Shown here: one piece after another, positions 17,352 to 27,422 of the stretch
Layout of the letters: each line of letters begins with the position of its first letter
How positions within the stretch are numbered: position 1 is the stretch's first letter
NCBI GenBank assembly: GCA_963778655.1
Contig: CAVZVA010000005.1
Location: 288,001-352,000 of the forward strand
Direction of reading: 5' to 3'
DNA from: an uncultured delta proteobacterium
GTDB taxonomy: Bacteria > Myxococcota_A > Polyangia > Polyangiales > JAFGIB01
Length of the DNA: 64,000 bases
Made by a program: the position numbers and the translations under genes
The notes under the pieces: generated by a model
Databases searched by the model: none
Seen by the model: only the letters and a program-made list of their open reading frames with translations
What the model was told of the DNA's origin: nothing

Positions 17352-18029
17352 ATGTCCAGCGCGCACACGGCAGCGTTCGTTCGCATCGAGGGCCCTTTGG
17401 TCGCGCGCGGGGCATGCTCGGCCGCAGCGTACTTTGCGGCCAACAGCGCCGGCTTTGCCGAGCGCGCCTGGAAGCTCGGGCAGGTCGCGGTCACCGCGCC
17501 GATCTACTCGCTGCTCGGTCAGAGCGACCGGGTGCTCGCCAATCGCCTGGCCTACCTGCCCCTACGTGACATGTCCGAGGACCGGGTGGCGGAGCTGGCC
17601 GACGAGTACTTCGAAGGCGTGCTGTGCGACCGCATCCTCAACGGCGGGGTTGAGCTGCTGCGGGAAGCGCGCCGCGCCGGTCACCGCGTCGTGTTGATCT
17701 CCGACGGTCTCGAGCAGGTGGTGCAGCGTCTCGTGGATCACCTGCGCCACGTGGACGACTACGTCTGCAATCGGCTCGAGCTGCGTGACGGCTACGTGAC
17801 GGGCAAGCTGCGGGAGCCGGTCGTCGGCGGCCACGACTCGGCCGCCTGGGCGCGGCGCTACGCGGTCCAGCACGGGCTCGACCTCTCGCGCTCGGTGGTC
17901 TACGCCGCCCACGGGCCGGACGTGTTGTTGATGTCCAGCGTCGGCCTGCCCTGCGCGGTCAACCCCGACTTCACGTTGCGCCGCGCCGCGCGCCAGACCG
18001 ACTGGCCGATCCTCGACTACGATGTCTGA
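17352..18029 (+). CDS. HAD-IB (SerB-like) fold protein lacking catalytic residues
   Basis: HAD-IB scaffold (GHRVVLIS, NRLELRDGYVTGKL, VGLPCAVNPD), but motif I reads RIEGP and motif IV reads AAHGPD. Confidence 0.75.
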   Translation: MSSAHTAAFVRIEGPLVARGACSAAAYFAANSAGFAERAWKLGQVAVTAPIYSLLGQSDRVLANRLAYLPLRDMSEDRVAELADEYFEGVLCDRILNGGVELLREARRAGHRVVLISDGLEQVVQRLVDHLRHVDDYVCNRLELRDGYVTGKLREPVVGGHDSAAWARRYAVQHGLDLSRSVVYAAHGPDVLLMSSVGLPCAVNPDFTLRRAARQTDWPILDYDV

Positions 18030-19740
18030 GAACGCACCGATCTCGATTCGCGAGGCGTTTGCCGGCAAGCACGTGTTGCTGACCGGCGCTTCCGGTTTCC
18101 TGGGCAAGGTGTGGCTCGCGCTGATGCTCGAGCGCGTGCCCCAGGTCGCGCGCATCCACGTGCTGCTGAGGCCCAAGGCGCTGGTCTCGGCGCGCGGGCG
18201 CTTCGAGAAGATCATCAACACCTCGCCGGTGTTCGCGCCTTTGCACGAGCGCCTGGGACCCCGGCTGGGCGCCTTCCTCGCGCAGAAGGTCGAGGTGGTC
18301 GAGGGCGAGATCGGCGAGCCGGGCCTGGGCCTTTGCGAGGCCACCGTGCAGCGCTTGCAGCGCGAGCTGGACTTGGTGGTGCACTGCGCCGGCCTGGTCG
18401 ATTTCAATCCCGACCTGCGCAAGGCACTGGCGTCCAACGTGGACGGCACCCTCAACGTGGCCGCGTTCGTCGGAGCGAGCGACCGCGCGGCGCTGCTGCA
18501 CATCTCCACCTGCTACGTCGCGGGCCGCCGGCACGGCCACGTGGTGGAGGCCGCGCTGCCCGAATACGCGCCTGCGTGCCCGGGCTTCGACCCCGAGCAT
18601 GAGCTGCTCGAGGCGCGCGCGGCCGCGCGGCGCATCTGCGCCGAGCACGAGTCGGCCGAGCACGCGGAGCGGGTGCACGCCGAGGTCGAGGCGATGGTGC
18701 GCGAGCGGCGTCACGGCGATCACGCCAAGCTGGTGGCGAGCCTGACGCGGCGCCGTCTGCGCGACGGGCTCAAGCAGGCGCTGGTCGACGAGGGCATGCA
18801 GCGCGCGCAGCACCTGGGTTGGCCCAACACCTACACCTATACCAAGAGCATGGCCGAGTCGCTGCTGCTGCGACGGGGCGCGCGGTTGCGGCTTTCGATC
18901 CTGCGGCCGAGCATCGTCGAGAGCGCGTTCGAGTTCCCATTCCCGGGGTGGAACGAGAGCTTCAACGGCACCGCGCCTCTGGCCTATGTGATGGGCAGCT
19001 GGTTCCGGATGATCCCGGCGAGGCCCGACGCGCCCTTCGACGTGATTCCCGTCGACATGGTGTGCAAGGCGATGAGCGTCGCGGGGGCGGCGCTATTGCA
19101 GGGGCGCGCCGCGCCCGTGTACCACGTCGGCACCTCGGACCGACACCGCCTGTCGGTCGGACGCGCCGCCGAGCTGATCGTGCTGGCGCATCGCCGCTAC
19201 TATCGAGAGGCCGGTAGGACGCGCAACGAGCAGCTGCTGAAGTCGCGCTGGGATTCGATCCTGGTCGAGCCCGACGATCTGTTCGCGGTGCAGCGCAATC
19301 GGGCGCTGCTCGCGGGCGCACGCGAGGGGCTGGAGCTGCTGCCGGACAAGCTCGCGCGCAAGACCCACAAGTGGCTCGATCGCCTGGGCCATGCGGACAA
19401 GAAGCTCGAGCAGATCGAGCAGATGGTGCGCCTCTACCTGCCATTCATGTACGAGAGCTTCCACGTCTTCGAGAGTAAGGCGCTCGGGCGAACGCCCGCG
19501 CTTGAGCCCGAGCTGCGCTTCGAGCCCGAGCGGATCGACTGGCGGCGCTACTGGATCGAGGTGCACATGCCTGGGCTGCGGCGCTGGGCCTTCCCCCTGA
19601 TCGAGGGCCGTAAGCCCGAGCGCTATCGGCCGCGCCATCCGTTCGCGCTCGCGCCGGAGCCGAGCGTGGTCTCGCTCGAGCCGGGCGCGGTCGTGCCGGA
19701 GCCGCGGCGCCCGCCCGAAGCCCTGCTGACGGAGCGCTGA
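18022..19740 (+). CDS. Fatty acyl-CoA reductase (extended SDR plus Sterile domain)
   Basis: TGASGFLG, HISTCYV, WPNTYTYTK, RPSIVES and C-terminal IDWRRYWIEVHMPGL. Confidence 0.85.
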   Translation: MSENAPISIREAFAGKHVLLTGASGFLGKVWLALMLERVPQVARIHVLLRPKALVSARGRFEKIINTSPVFAPLHERLGPRLGAFLAQKVEVVEGEIGEPGLGLCEATVQRLQRELDLVVHCAGLVDFNPDLRKALASNVDGTLNVAAFVGASDRAALLHISTCYVAGRRHGHVVEAALPEYAPACPGFDPEHELLEARAAARRICAEHESAEHAERVHAEVEAMVRERRHGDHAKLVASLTRRRLRDGLKQALVDEGMQRAQHLGWPNTYTYTKSMAESLLLRRGARLRLSILRPSIVESAFEFPFPGWNESFNGTAPLAYVMGSWFRMIPARPDAPFDVIPVDMVCKAMSVAGAALLQGRAAPVYHVGTSDRHRLSVGRAAELIVLAHRRYYREAGRTRNEQLLKSRWDSILVEPDDLFAVQRNRALLAGAREGLELLPDKLARKTHKWLDRLGHADKKLEQIEQMVRLYLPFMYESFHVFESKALGRTPALEPELRFEPERIDWRRYWIEVHMPGLRRWAFPLIEGRKPERYRPRHPFALAPEPSVVSLEPGAVVPEPRRPPEALLTER

Positions 19741-20901
19741 ATGGCGATCTTCGTCACAGGCCCGACCGGCTACCTCGGCTCGTACGTGGTCTCCCGGCTG
19801 CTGCAGGCGCATCGCGAGCCGCTCTCGCTGCTGGTGCGCGCCCGGGATCGCGCCGAGGCCGAACGGCGGTTGTGGCGGTCGCTGCAACTGCACCTGCCGT
19901 TCGCGACCTTCGCCGAGCTGCTGCGCGCGCGGGTCGAAATCCACCTGGGCGACATCACCGAGCCGCGCTGCGGGCTCGAACCCTCCGCATACGCGCGCCT
20001 GGTGGCGAAGACCCAGTCGGTCATCCACGTCGCTGCCTCGCTGAACCGCCGCTCCGAGCGGCTGTGCCAGAACGTGAACCAGCGTGGCACGCTGGAGGTG
20101 ATCAGGCTGGCGCAGGCCGCGCACGCGCACCACGGATTGAGACGCTTCAGCGACGTGTCGACCACGGCTGTGGCGGGCGAGCGCAGCCACGAGCTGGTGC
20201 GCGAGGACGAGGCGATCGACTGGCAGCGGCGCGACTACGATCCCTACGCACGCACCAAGAAATTCTGCGAGCACATGATCGAAACGCTGCTGCCCGACGT
20301 GCCGTGCACGGTGTTCCGCCCGTCGACCGTGATCGGCGACAGCCGTTTCGGGGCGACCACCCAGTTCGACATGCTGCGCGCGGTGCTGGTGCTGGCGCGG
20401 ATGCGGGTGCTACCGCTGCACCCCGGCGCGCGGCACGACATCGTGCCGGCCGACTACGTCGGGCACGCGATCGCGGACATCCATCAACGCGAGACGCCCC
20501 GCCACCGCATCTATCACCTGAGCGCGGGCGAGCAGGCGGAGAGCCACCAGGAGCTGATGCAGCAGCTGCGCATCGCCGGGCGACCGCTGCCGCACGTGTT
20601 CGCGCCCGCGCTGGAGGCTCCGTTCGGTCGCGCGATGAGCGCGCTGGCGAGCACGCCGCGCAGGCTCGGGATCTCGGGACCCGCGTCGCTGCTCAAGGTG
20701 TTCTGGCCGTACGTGGTGTTCGACACCGTGTTCGACAACCGGCGCGTGGTGGAGGAGCTGGGCGCGGCGCCGCCGCCCTTCAGCGCGTATGCCCCCGCCG
20801 TGCTCGACTTCGCGCTGGAGCACGGCTTCAACTATCCCTATCGGCCCTGGCCCGAGGCGCGGGCGCTGCAGCAGGAGGAGGCGGCGACATGCTCGGCCTG
20901 A
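19741..20901 (+). CDS. Thioester-reductase-like extended SDR
   Basis: [26 protein letters not shown] and RPSTVIGDS motifs. Confidence 0.82.
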   Translation: MAIFVTGPTGYLGSYVVSRLLQAHREPLSLLVRARDRAEAERRLWRSLQLHLPFATFAELLRARVEIHLGDITEPRCGLEPSAYARLVAKTQSVIHVAASLNRRSERLCQNVNQRGTLEVIRLAQAAHAHHGLRRFSDVSTTAVAGERSHELVREDEAIDWQRRDYDPYARTKKFCEHMIETLLPDVPCTVFRPSTVIGDSRFGATTQFDMLRAVLVLARMRVLPLHPGARHDIVPADYVGHAIADIHQRETPRHRIYHLSAGEQAESHQELMQQLRIAGRPLPHVFAPALEAPFGRAMSALASTPRRLGISGPASLLKVFWPYVVFDTVFDNRRVVEELGAAPPPFSAYAPAVLDFALEHGFNYPYRPWPEARALQQEEAATCSA

Positions 20902-22343
20902 TCGAGGAGCTGGTCGGCAAGGCGACCGATCCCGACCGCGCGCTGATGCGGGTGATGGACTCGCTGATCGACGCAGCCGCAGTGCGCCACGCGCTCGACC
21001 GCGGCGGCCCGAGCTGGCGTCCGGGGGAGCCGCTCAAGCTGCTGCTGGCCGGCTATTCGGGCACGCGCAACACCGGCGCCGACGTGCGCGTGGAGGAGAT
21101 GATCCGCCAGCTGCGCGTGGTGCTCGGCGACGATCAGACCGAGCTCAGCATCCTGAGCATCGATCCCGCGCTCTCCGCAGGTTACTTCCGCGGCGTGCGT
21201 CAGGTGCGGCTGCCCACGCTGTATCCCAAGTTTCTGTTCGAAGAGTGCACCAAGCACCACGGCGTGGTCGCCTGCGAAGGCTCGATGTTCAAGTCGAAGT
21301 TCGCCAACGCGCTGTCGGTGATGATGGCGGGCGCACTGGGCTTGGCCGCGGTCGAGGGCAAGCTCAGCGTGGGCTATGGGGCGGAGGCGGGTGCGATGGA
21401 CGAACCGCTGCGTGATCTGGTGCGAAGGCGCTGCCGGCATTCGCTGATCATCTGCCGCAACGAGCCCTCGCGCGAGCTGCTCGACGCCATCGGCATCCGC
21501 ACCGAGGGCGGCACCGACACCGCTTGGACCTTCGATCCGGCCCCGCTCGCCAAGGGCGAGCAGATCCTGCGCGGCTGCGGCTGGGACGGCGCGCAGAAGC
21601 TGCTTGTGGTCTGCCCGATCAATCCGTCCTGGTGGCCGACCAAGCCGGACCTGCTGAAGGCGGTCGCGCATCGCTTCGGCGGACAGTTTCGCGCCGAGCG
21701 CTACAAGGCGTTCTACTTCCACCAGTGGTCGGAGCAGGCCGCCGAGGACTACGGGCGCTATCTCGACGGGCTGGCGGAGGCGGTCGACGCATTCGCGCAG
21801 GAAAGCGGCGCGTTCATCGCCGTCGTCGGCAGCGAGATGCTCGACCGGGCCGCGTGCGAGGATCTCGCGGCGCGGCTGGCGACGCCAGTGCCGGTGTTGT
21901 GCAGCGACCAGCTCGACATGTACGAGCTGGTGAGCGTGTTGCGCAACGCCTCGTTGATGGTGAGCTCGCGTTACCACGCCATCGTGACCTCGATGCCGGC
22001 CGGCGTGCCGTCGATCGGGGTCACGATGGACGAGCGCATCGCCAATCTCTTGAGCGACCGTGGCCATCCCGACCTGCTGCTGCGCTGCGACGACGATGCT
22101 CTGGGCGAAAAGCTGTTGCCCGCGCTGCGCCGGCTCGCGCGCGAGGCCGAGCGCGTGCGCCGCGAGACGCTGGCGTTCGTGCCGAGTCAGATCCGGCGCA
22201 TGGGAGAGATGGGCATGGCCTTCGCAGACGAGGCGCGGCGCGTATATCCGCAGCTCGGGCTGCCGGAGGTGCCGCGTAGCTTCGAGCACTTCTTGCCGCC
22301 ACTCTCGCCCGAGCTCGAGCGCCTGATGGGGGAGCACGCATGA
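20889..22343 (+). CDS. Polysaccharide pyruvyl transferase family protein
   Basis: [20 protein letters not shown] and SSRYHAIV motifs of the CsaB/WcaK-like GT-B family; GAGGAGG RBS. Confidence 0.72.
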   Translation: MLGLIEELVGKATDPDRALMRVMDSLIDAAAVRHALDRGGPSWRPGEPLKLLLAGYSGTRNTGADVRVEEMIRQLRVVLGDDQTELSILSIDPALSAGYFRGVRQVRLPTLYPKFLFEECTKHHGVVACEGSMFKSKFANALSVMMAGALGLAAVEGKLSVGYGAEAGAMDEPLRDLVRRRCRHSLIICRNEPSRELLDAIGIRTEGGTDTAWTFDPAPLAKGEQILRGCGWDGAQKLLVVCPINPSWWPTKPDLLKAVAHRFGGQFRAERYKAFYFHQWSEQAAEDYGRYLDGLAEAVDAFAQESGAFIAVVGSEMLDRAACEDLAARLATPVPVLCSDQLDMYELVSVLRNASLMVSSRYHAIVTSMPAGVPSIGVTMDERIANLLSDRGHPDLLLRCDDDALGEKLLPALRRLAREAERVRRETLAFVPSQIRRMGEMGMAFADEARRVYPQLGLPEVPRSFEHFLPPLSPELERLMGEHA

Positions 22344-23971
22344 GCTTCGTGCAGGTCATCCTGGAGCGTTGCGCCGCGGCCGGCAGCCGGCCGGTGCTCT
22401 ACGAGGTGCGCGAGCATGAGCTGCGCGCGACCAGCGGGCGGGAGCTGCTGGCGAACGTTGCGCGCGTGCGCGCGTTTCTGCGCGCCGCGGGCGTGCGGCC
22501 CGGCGACCGGGTCGCGCTGCTCGGCGGCAACTCTGCGGCCTGGGTGGCGGTCGATCTGGCGGTGGTCGCGGAGGGCGCCATCTGCGTGCCGCTGTACGCC
22601 AGACAGGCCCCCGGGCAGCTCGCCTCCATGCTGCGCGATTGCAGCCCGGTGCTGCTGTGCGCGGCCGACGAACGGCTGGCGGCCACGATCGCGGCAGCCT
22701 GGACCGAGCACGGCCGCATCGCCGGCTACGCCGAGCTGTTCGCCGCCGAGCCGCTGCCCGAGTCGAGCCCTGTGCCCGCTCCGGATGGCGCGGTCACCCT
22801 GATCTACACCTCGGGCACCAGCGGCGAGCCCAAGGGTGTGGTGCTGGGCAGCGACAACGTCGAGCACATGCTGGGCGTGACGGTGCGCGAGCTGGGCAAG
22901 ATGTCGCGCCAGGAGCGTGCCGAGGACCGCGTGTTTCACTACCTGCCGTTCTGCTTCGCCGGCTCGCGCATCATGCTCTGGAGCCAGCTCCAGCGTGGTA
23001 ATCCGCTGATGATGAGCAGCGACCTCGACCAGCTGCAGCAGGAGCTTGCGACCGCGGCGCCGCACTACTTCATGAACGTGCCGGTGCTGCTCGAGCGCAT
23101 CCGCAACGGCGTGCAGCAGCGGCTGCGTGGTCTGGGACGCCTCGTGCACGCGCTGTATGCACGGGCCGCCGCGGCTTACGGCAGGCGCGAGCAAGGCGGC
23201 CGGCTCGATTGGCTCGATCGCGCGGCGCTGCAGCTGGCGGAGCGGGTGCTGTTTCCGCGCATCAAGCGCCTGATCGGGCCCAACCTCGAGTTCCTGGTGT
23301 GCGGCTCGGCGCCGCTCGGCGAGGAGACCCAGCGCTGGTTCCAGATGATCGGCATCCCTGTGTACCAGGTCTACGGTCTGACGGAGAGCACCGCGATCAT
23401 CACCATCGACGACACCCAGCACGTGGTGCCCGGGCGCGTCGGTCACGCCATCGACGGCTGCGAGCTTGCGTTGAGTCAGGCCGGAGACCTCTTGTGCCGC
23501 GGCCCCAACGTGTTTCGCGGCTACTGGCAGCGGCCCGAAGCCAGCGCCGAGGCGCTGCGTGACGGATGGCTGCACACCGGCGACCAGGCCGAGCTCGACG
23601 CCAGCGGCAACCTGCGCATCCTCGGGCGGGTCAAGGAGGTGCTGGTGCCGGAGTCCGGCCACAACGTGCCGCCGGCGCCGCTCGAGCAGCGCCTGCTCGA
23701 GGCCAGCGCCGCGCTGCAGCAGGCGATGGTGGTGGGCCACGGGCGCCCGTACCTGACCGCGGTCGTGACCGGCGCGGTCGAGGACGGCGAGCTGGAGCGG
23801 GTGCGCGACACGGTCAACGCGCAGCTTCCGCACTACATGCGCGTGCGCATGTTGTATCGCGCACCGGAGCCGTTCAGCGCGGAGAACGGCTTGCTCACGG
23901 CGAACCAGAAGCTCAAGCGCGCCGCGATCGAAGATCGCTACCGCGATGCGATCGAGCAGATGTACCGATGA
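22340..23971 (+). CDS. Long-chain acyl-CoA ligase (AMP-binding)
   Basis: YTSGTSGEPKG, YGLTE, WLHTGD and LLTANQKLKR motifs; ATGA overlap. Confidence 0.9.
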   Translation: MSFVQVILERCAAAGSRPVLYEVREHELRATSGRELLANVARVRAFLRAAGVRPGDRVALLGGNSAAWVAVDLAVVAEGAICVPLYARQAPGQLASMLRDCSPVLLCAADERLAATIAAAWTEHGRIAGYAELFAAEPLPESSPVPAPDGAVTLIYTSGTSGEPKGVVLGSDNVEHMLGVTVRELGKMSRQERAEDRVFHYLPFCFAGSRIMLWSQLQRGNPLMMSSDLDQLQQELATAAPHYFMNVPVLLERIRNGVQQRLRGLGRLVHALYARAAAAYGRREQGGRLDWLDRAALQLAERVLFPRIKRLIGPNLEFLVCGSAPLGEETQRWFQMIGIPVYQVYGLTESTAIITIDDTQHVVPGRVGHAIDGCELALSQAGDLLCRGPNVFRGYWQRPEASAEALRDGWLHTGDQAELDASGNLRILGRVKEVLVPESGHNVPPAPLEQRLLEASAALQQAMVVGHGRPYLTAVVTGAVEDGELERVRDTVNAQLPHYMRVRMLYRAPEPFSAENGLLTANQKLKRAAIEDRYRDAIEQMYR

Positions 23972-24756
23972 TCGATTGGACCGAGCAGGATGGGGTGTGG
24001 GAGCTGCGCCTGGCGCACGCTCCGCTCAACGAGATCGGTAGCGAGGTGCTGGATCGACTCGAGGGCTTTCTCGACCAGCTAGAGCGCGCGGCTCCGCGCG
24101 CCGTCCTCGTCCACAGCGTTCAGGCCGGCGGTTTTTGCGCCGGCGCCGATCTGCGGGAGCTGTACGCCGCGATCCGCAGGCGCGAGCCCGCCAGCTACCT
24201 GGGGGAGCTGGGCGGCTTTCTCGATCGCGTTCACGGGGTAATGGATCGGCTCGACGCGCTGCCGGTCACCACCGTGGGCGCGCTGCACGGGGTGTGCTTC
24301 GGCGGCGGCTTCGAGCTCGCGCTGGCGCTGGACGTGCTGGTGGCCGAGCCGAGCACGCGCTTCGGCTTTCCCGAGCTGCGCCTGGGCCTGATCCCGGGCT
24401 TCGGCGGCATCCCGCGGCTGCGGCGCGAGGTTCCCAACGCGCTGATCCGCGACCTGCTGCTGACCGGACGCAGCATCAATGCCAAGCGGGCGGCCGCGCT
24501 CGGGCTGGTGAGCCAGCTGGTGGCCAAGGGCGAGGCGCTCGGCGTGGCGCGCGAGGTGGCGCGGCAGGCGGCGCGCTTCGACGCCGAGGTGGTTGCAAGC
24601 GCGAAGGCGTTCGTCAAGCCGTTGCCGCGCGGGGAGCTGCTGGAGGAGAAGCGGCGCTTTCTCGAGCTGTTCGCGCAGCCGCGCGTGTGCGAGGCGCTGC
24701 GGCGCTTCGTCGAGAGCGACGACAAGATGCCCTATCTACCGCCGGGGGCGCTGTGA
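23968..24756 (+). CDS. Enoyl-CoA hydratase/isomerase (crotonase)
   Basis: FCAGADL, GGGFELA and FPELRLGLIPG, with both catalytic Glu present; ATGA overlap. Confidence 0.9.
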   Translation: MIDWTEQDGVWELRLAHAPLNEIGSEVLDRLEGFLDQLERAAPRAVLVHSVQAGGFCAGADLRELYAAIRRREPASYLGELGGFLDRVHGVMDRLDALPVTTVGALHGVCFGGGFELALALDVLVAEPSTRFGFPELRLGLIPGFGGIPRLRREVPNALIRDLLLTGRSINAKRAAALGLVSQLVAKGEALGVAREVARQAARFDAEVVASAKAFVKPLPRGELLEEKRRFLELFAQPRVCEALRRFVESDDKMPYLPPGAL

Positions 24757-26465
24757 TGCTCGACCTGTCGCGGCTGTCCTCGCTGGGCGAAGCCCTGCGC
24801 GACGCGGTCAGCACCTACAAGAGCAACGTCGCGTTGCTCGAGGCCGATCGCCACCGCGAGACCGCCCGCTACGGCTATCGCGAGCTGCGCGCACAGGCCG
24901 AGCGGGTTGCGGCGCTGTTGCGGGACGAAGGCTTCGAGCCGGGTGATCGCTGCGCCATCCTGATGTCGAACCAGAGCAAATGGGTGCTGAGCGGGATGGG
25001 CGCGCTTTGGGCCGGCGCGGTGCTGGTTCCGCTCGACTACAAGCTCACGCCAGCCGAGCAGCTCGAGCTGCTGGCGCACTGCCGGCCGCGCGTGCTGATC
25101 ATCGAGTACCCGGCGTGGCTCGCGCTGGCCGAGCAGTCCCGGGCGGCGGAGCTGCTGCGCGGGGTGCGCGTGCTGGTGACCGAGGCCGAGCCGGGGGGGG
25201 ATCTGGGAGCCGGCGAACGCTGGGAGTCCCAGCCGCGCTCAGCCTTTCGCTTTGTGCCCCGCAGTCGCGAGGATCTGGCGTGCATCGTGTATTCCTCCGG
25301 CACATCCGGCGCGCCCAAGGGTTGCATGCTGACGCACGACAACTACCTGGAGCAGGCGCAGGCGCTCGGGCGCATGTTTCCGATGGAGGAGAGCGATCGC
25401 TATTTCTCCGTGCTGCCCACCAACCACGCGATCGATTTCATGTGCGGGACGGTGATCCCGTTCCTGTTCGGCGCGGCGGTGGTGCACCAGCGCACACTGC
25501 GGGCCGAGCTGCTGGCGCCAACGATGAAGCGCTACGGCGTCACCCATACCGCGCTGGTGCCGCGCATCCTGCGCGCGATGCGCGAGCGTATCGTCGAGCA
25601 GCTCGACGCCCTTCCCGGCTGGCAGCGGCGCGCGATCGATTCGCTCGCGGCCGTGAACGACTTGGCGACGCAGCGCGTGCCGAGCCACGGCTTCTCGAGC
25701 AAGTTGCTCTACCCGATCCACGAGCGTTTCGGCGGCCGCCTGCGGCTGATCTTCGCGGGCGGCGCTTTCGTCGAGCCAGAGCTGGCGAGCTTCTTCTACA
25801 GGCTGGGCTTTCCGGTGGTGATCGGATACGGCTTGACCGAGGCGTGCACCGTGCTGACCGTGAATGACCTCAAGCCCTTTCGCGCCACCAGCGTGGGTCG
25901 CGCGGTGGCGGGCGTGACGCTGGAGCTGCGCGACGCGGGAACGGACGGGGTAGGGGAGATCTACGCGCGCGGCCGCACCGTGATGCGCGGCTACCTCCAC
26001 GCCCCGGAGCGCAGCGCGGAGGCGCTGGTCGACGGCTGGCTGCGCACGGGCGACCTCGGCGTGCTGGACGCCGCCGGCCACCTGCGGCTGCTCGGGCGCG
26101 CCAAGAACATGATCGTCACCGAGGGCGGCAAGAACGTCTACCCCGAGGACGTCGAGGCGGCGTTCGAGCAGGTCGAGTGTGAGGAGCTGTGCGTGTTCGC
26201 GGCGAGCTACTTGTGGCCCGAGCGCGGCCTGGGCGGCCAGCAGCTGACGCTGGTGGTGCGCCCGCGCAAGGGCCAGGCGCAGAGCGCGCTGCTCTCGCAG
26301 CTGGCGGCGGCCAACCTGCGGCTCGCCGACTACAAGCGTATTGCCAGCTACGTGATGTGGGCCAAGGAGATGCCGCGCACCGCGTCTATGAAGGTCAAGC
26401 GCGACGAGTTGGCGCGGCAAGTGCGTGCCATGGTCTCGTCCGGAGAGCTGCTGAAGGCATCGTAG
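24756..26465 (+). CDS. Second long-chain acyl-CoA ligase (AMP-binding)
   Basis: YSSGTSGAPKG, GYGLTE, WLRTGD, GKNVYPEDVE and PRTASMKVKR motifs; TGATG overlap. Confidence 0.9.
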   Translation: MLDLSRLSSLGEALRDAVSTYKSNVALLEADRHRETARYGYRELRAQAERVAALLRDEGFEPGDRCAILMSNQSKWVLSGMGALWAGAVLVPLDYKLTPAEQLELLAHCRPRVLIIEYPAWLALAEQSRAAELLRGVRVLVTEAEPGGDLGAGERWESQPRSAFRFVPRSREDLACIVYSSGTSGAPKGCMLTHDNYLEQAQALGRMFPMEESDRYFSVLPTNHAIDFMCGTVIPFLFGAAVVHQRTLRAELLAPTMKRYGVTHTALVPRILRAMRERIVEQLDALPGWQRRAIDSLAAVNDLATQRVPSHGFSSKLLYPIHERFGGRLRLIFAGGAFVEPELASFFYRLGFPVVIGYGLTEACTVLTVNDLKPFRATSVGRAVAGVTLELRDAGTDGVGEIYARGRTVMRGYLHAPERSAEALVDGWLRTGDLGVLDAAGHLRLLGRAKNMIVTEGGKNVYPEDVEAAFEQVECEELCVFAASYLWPERGLGGQQLTLVVRPRKGQAQSALLSQLAAANLRLADYKRIASYVMWAKEMPRTASMKVKRDELARQVRAMVSSGELLKAS

Positions 26466-26468
26466 GGA

Positions 26469-27374
26469 ATGGAGCGACGGCTACTCGCAATCGTCAACCC
26501 GGCCGCTGGCGGCGGCCGCTGCGCGCGGCTGGCGCCGGCCGCGCTCGCCCGGCTGCGCGCAGCGGGGCTGACGGTGGAGGAAGCCCGCACCAGCGCCGCG
26601 GGCGACGCGCGGCGCCTCGCCCGCGAGGCCTACGCGTGCGGGGTGCGCGAGTTGATCGCGGTCGGCGGCGACGGCACCGCCTACGAGATCGTCAACGGAC
26701 TGCTGCCGCAGGCGCTGGGCAGCGAGGCCGCGCAGCGGCCGTGCCTGGGCTTTCTTCCGCTTGGCACCGGCAACTCCTTTTTGCGCGACTTCGGCGGCGG
26801 GGCCGAGCGGGCGATCGAGGCCCTGGAGCAGGGGCGGCGCCGCGCCTGCGACGTGGTCCATCTGGTTCACGACGATGGCGAGCTGTATTACCTGAACCTG
26901 CTCAGCGTGGGGTTTGTGGCCGACGTCTGCGCCACCGCGAATCGGCGCTTCAAGCGCCTCGGCAGCGCGGGCTATGCGCTTGCGGTGCTGCTGCGCACCG
27001 CCGCGCTGCGGCCGCGGCCCATCGCCATGCGGGTGGACGGCGGAGCGCCTTGGGAGCAGTGGACCAGCTTCGTCTCGTTCTGCAACAGCCGCTACACCGG
27101 CGGCAGCATGATGATGGCTCCGTTTGCCGACACCGCGGACGGCAAGCTCGACTTGATCGTGGCCGGGCCGATGGGCCGGCCCGCGCTGCTGGCCGCTTTC
27201 CCGCGCATCTTCGCCGGCAGCCACGTACACATGCCCGCGATCGCCTGCTCGCAGGCGACGCGGGTCGAGCTCGACATACCGGGCCGGATCGATCTGATGA
27301 TCGACGGCGAGGTCGAGCAGCATGAGCCACGCCGGCTGGAGGTGGTGAAAGCAGCGATCGACGTGAGCGTGTGA
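26469..27374 (+). CDS. Diacylglycerol/sphingosine kinase family lipid kinase (YegS/DgkB-like)
   Basis: NPAAG, GGDGT, PLGTGN, NSRYTGG, DGKLD and IDGE motifs. Confidence 0.9.
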   Translation: MERRLLAIVNPAAGGGRCARLAPAALARLRAAGLTVEEARTSAAGDARRLAREAYACGVRELIAVGGDGTAYEIVNGLLPQALGSEAAQRPCLGFLPLGTGNSFLRDFGGGAERAIEALEQGRRRACDVVHLVHDDGELYYLNLLSVGFVADVCATANRRFKRLGSAGYALAVLLRTAALRPRPIAMRVDGGAPWEQWTSFVSFCNSRYTGGSMMMAPFADTADGKLDLIVAGPMGRPALLAAFPRIFAGSHVHMPAIACSQATRVELDIPGRIDLMIDGEVEQHEPRRLEVVKAAIDVSV

Positions 27375-27422
27375 GACCTTGCCACGAGCTCGAAGGTCGG
27401 GCGCGCGACCGAGGACCAGGGG

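Noticed and set aside
19872..26465. Long N-terminal extensions suggesting fusion proteins (823, 396 and 776 aa ORFs)
   Set aside because: The extensions are off-frame overlaps with upstream genes; the coupled starts are at 20889, 23968 and 24756.
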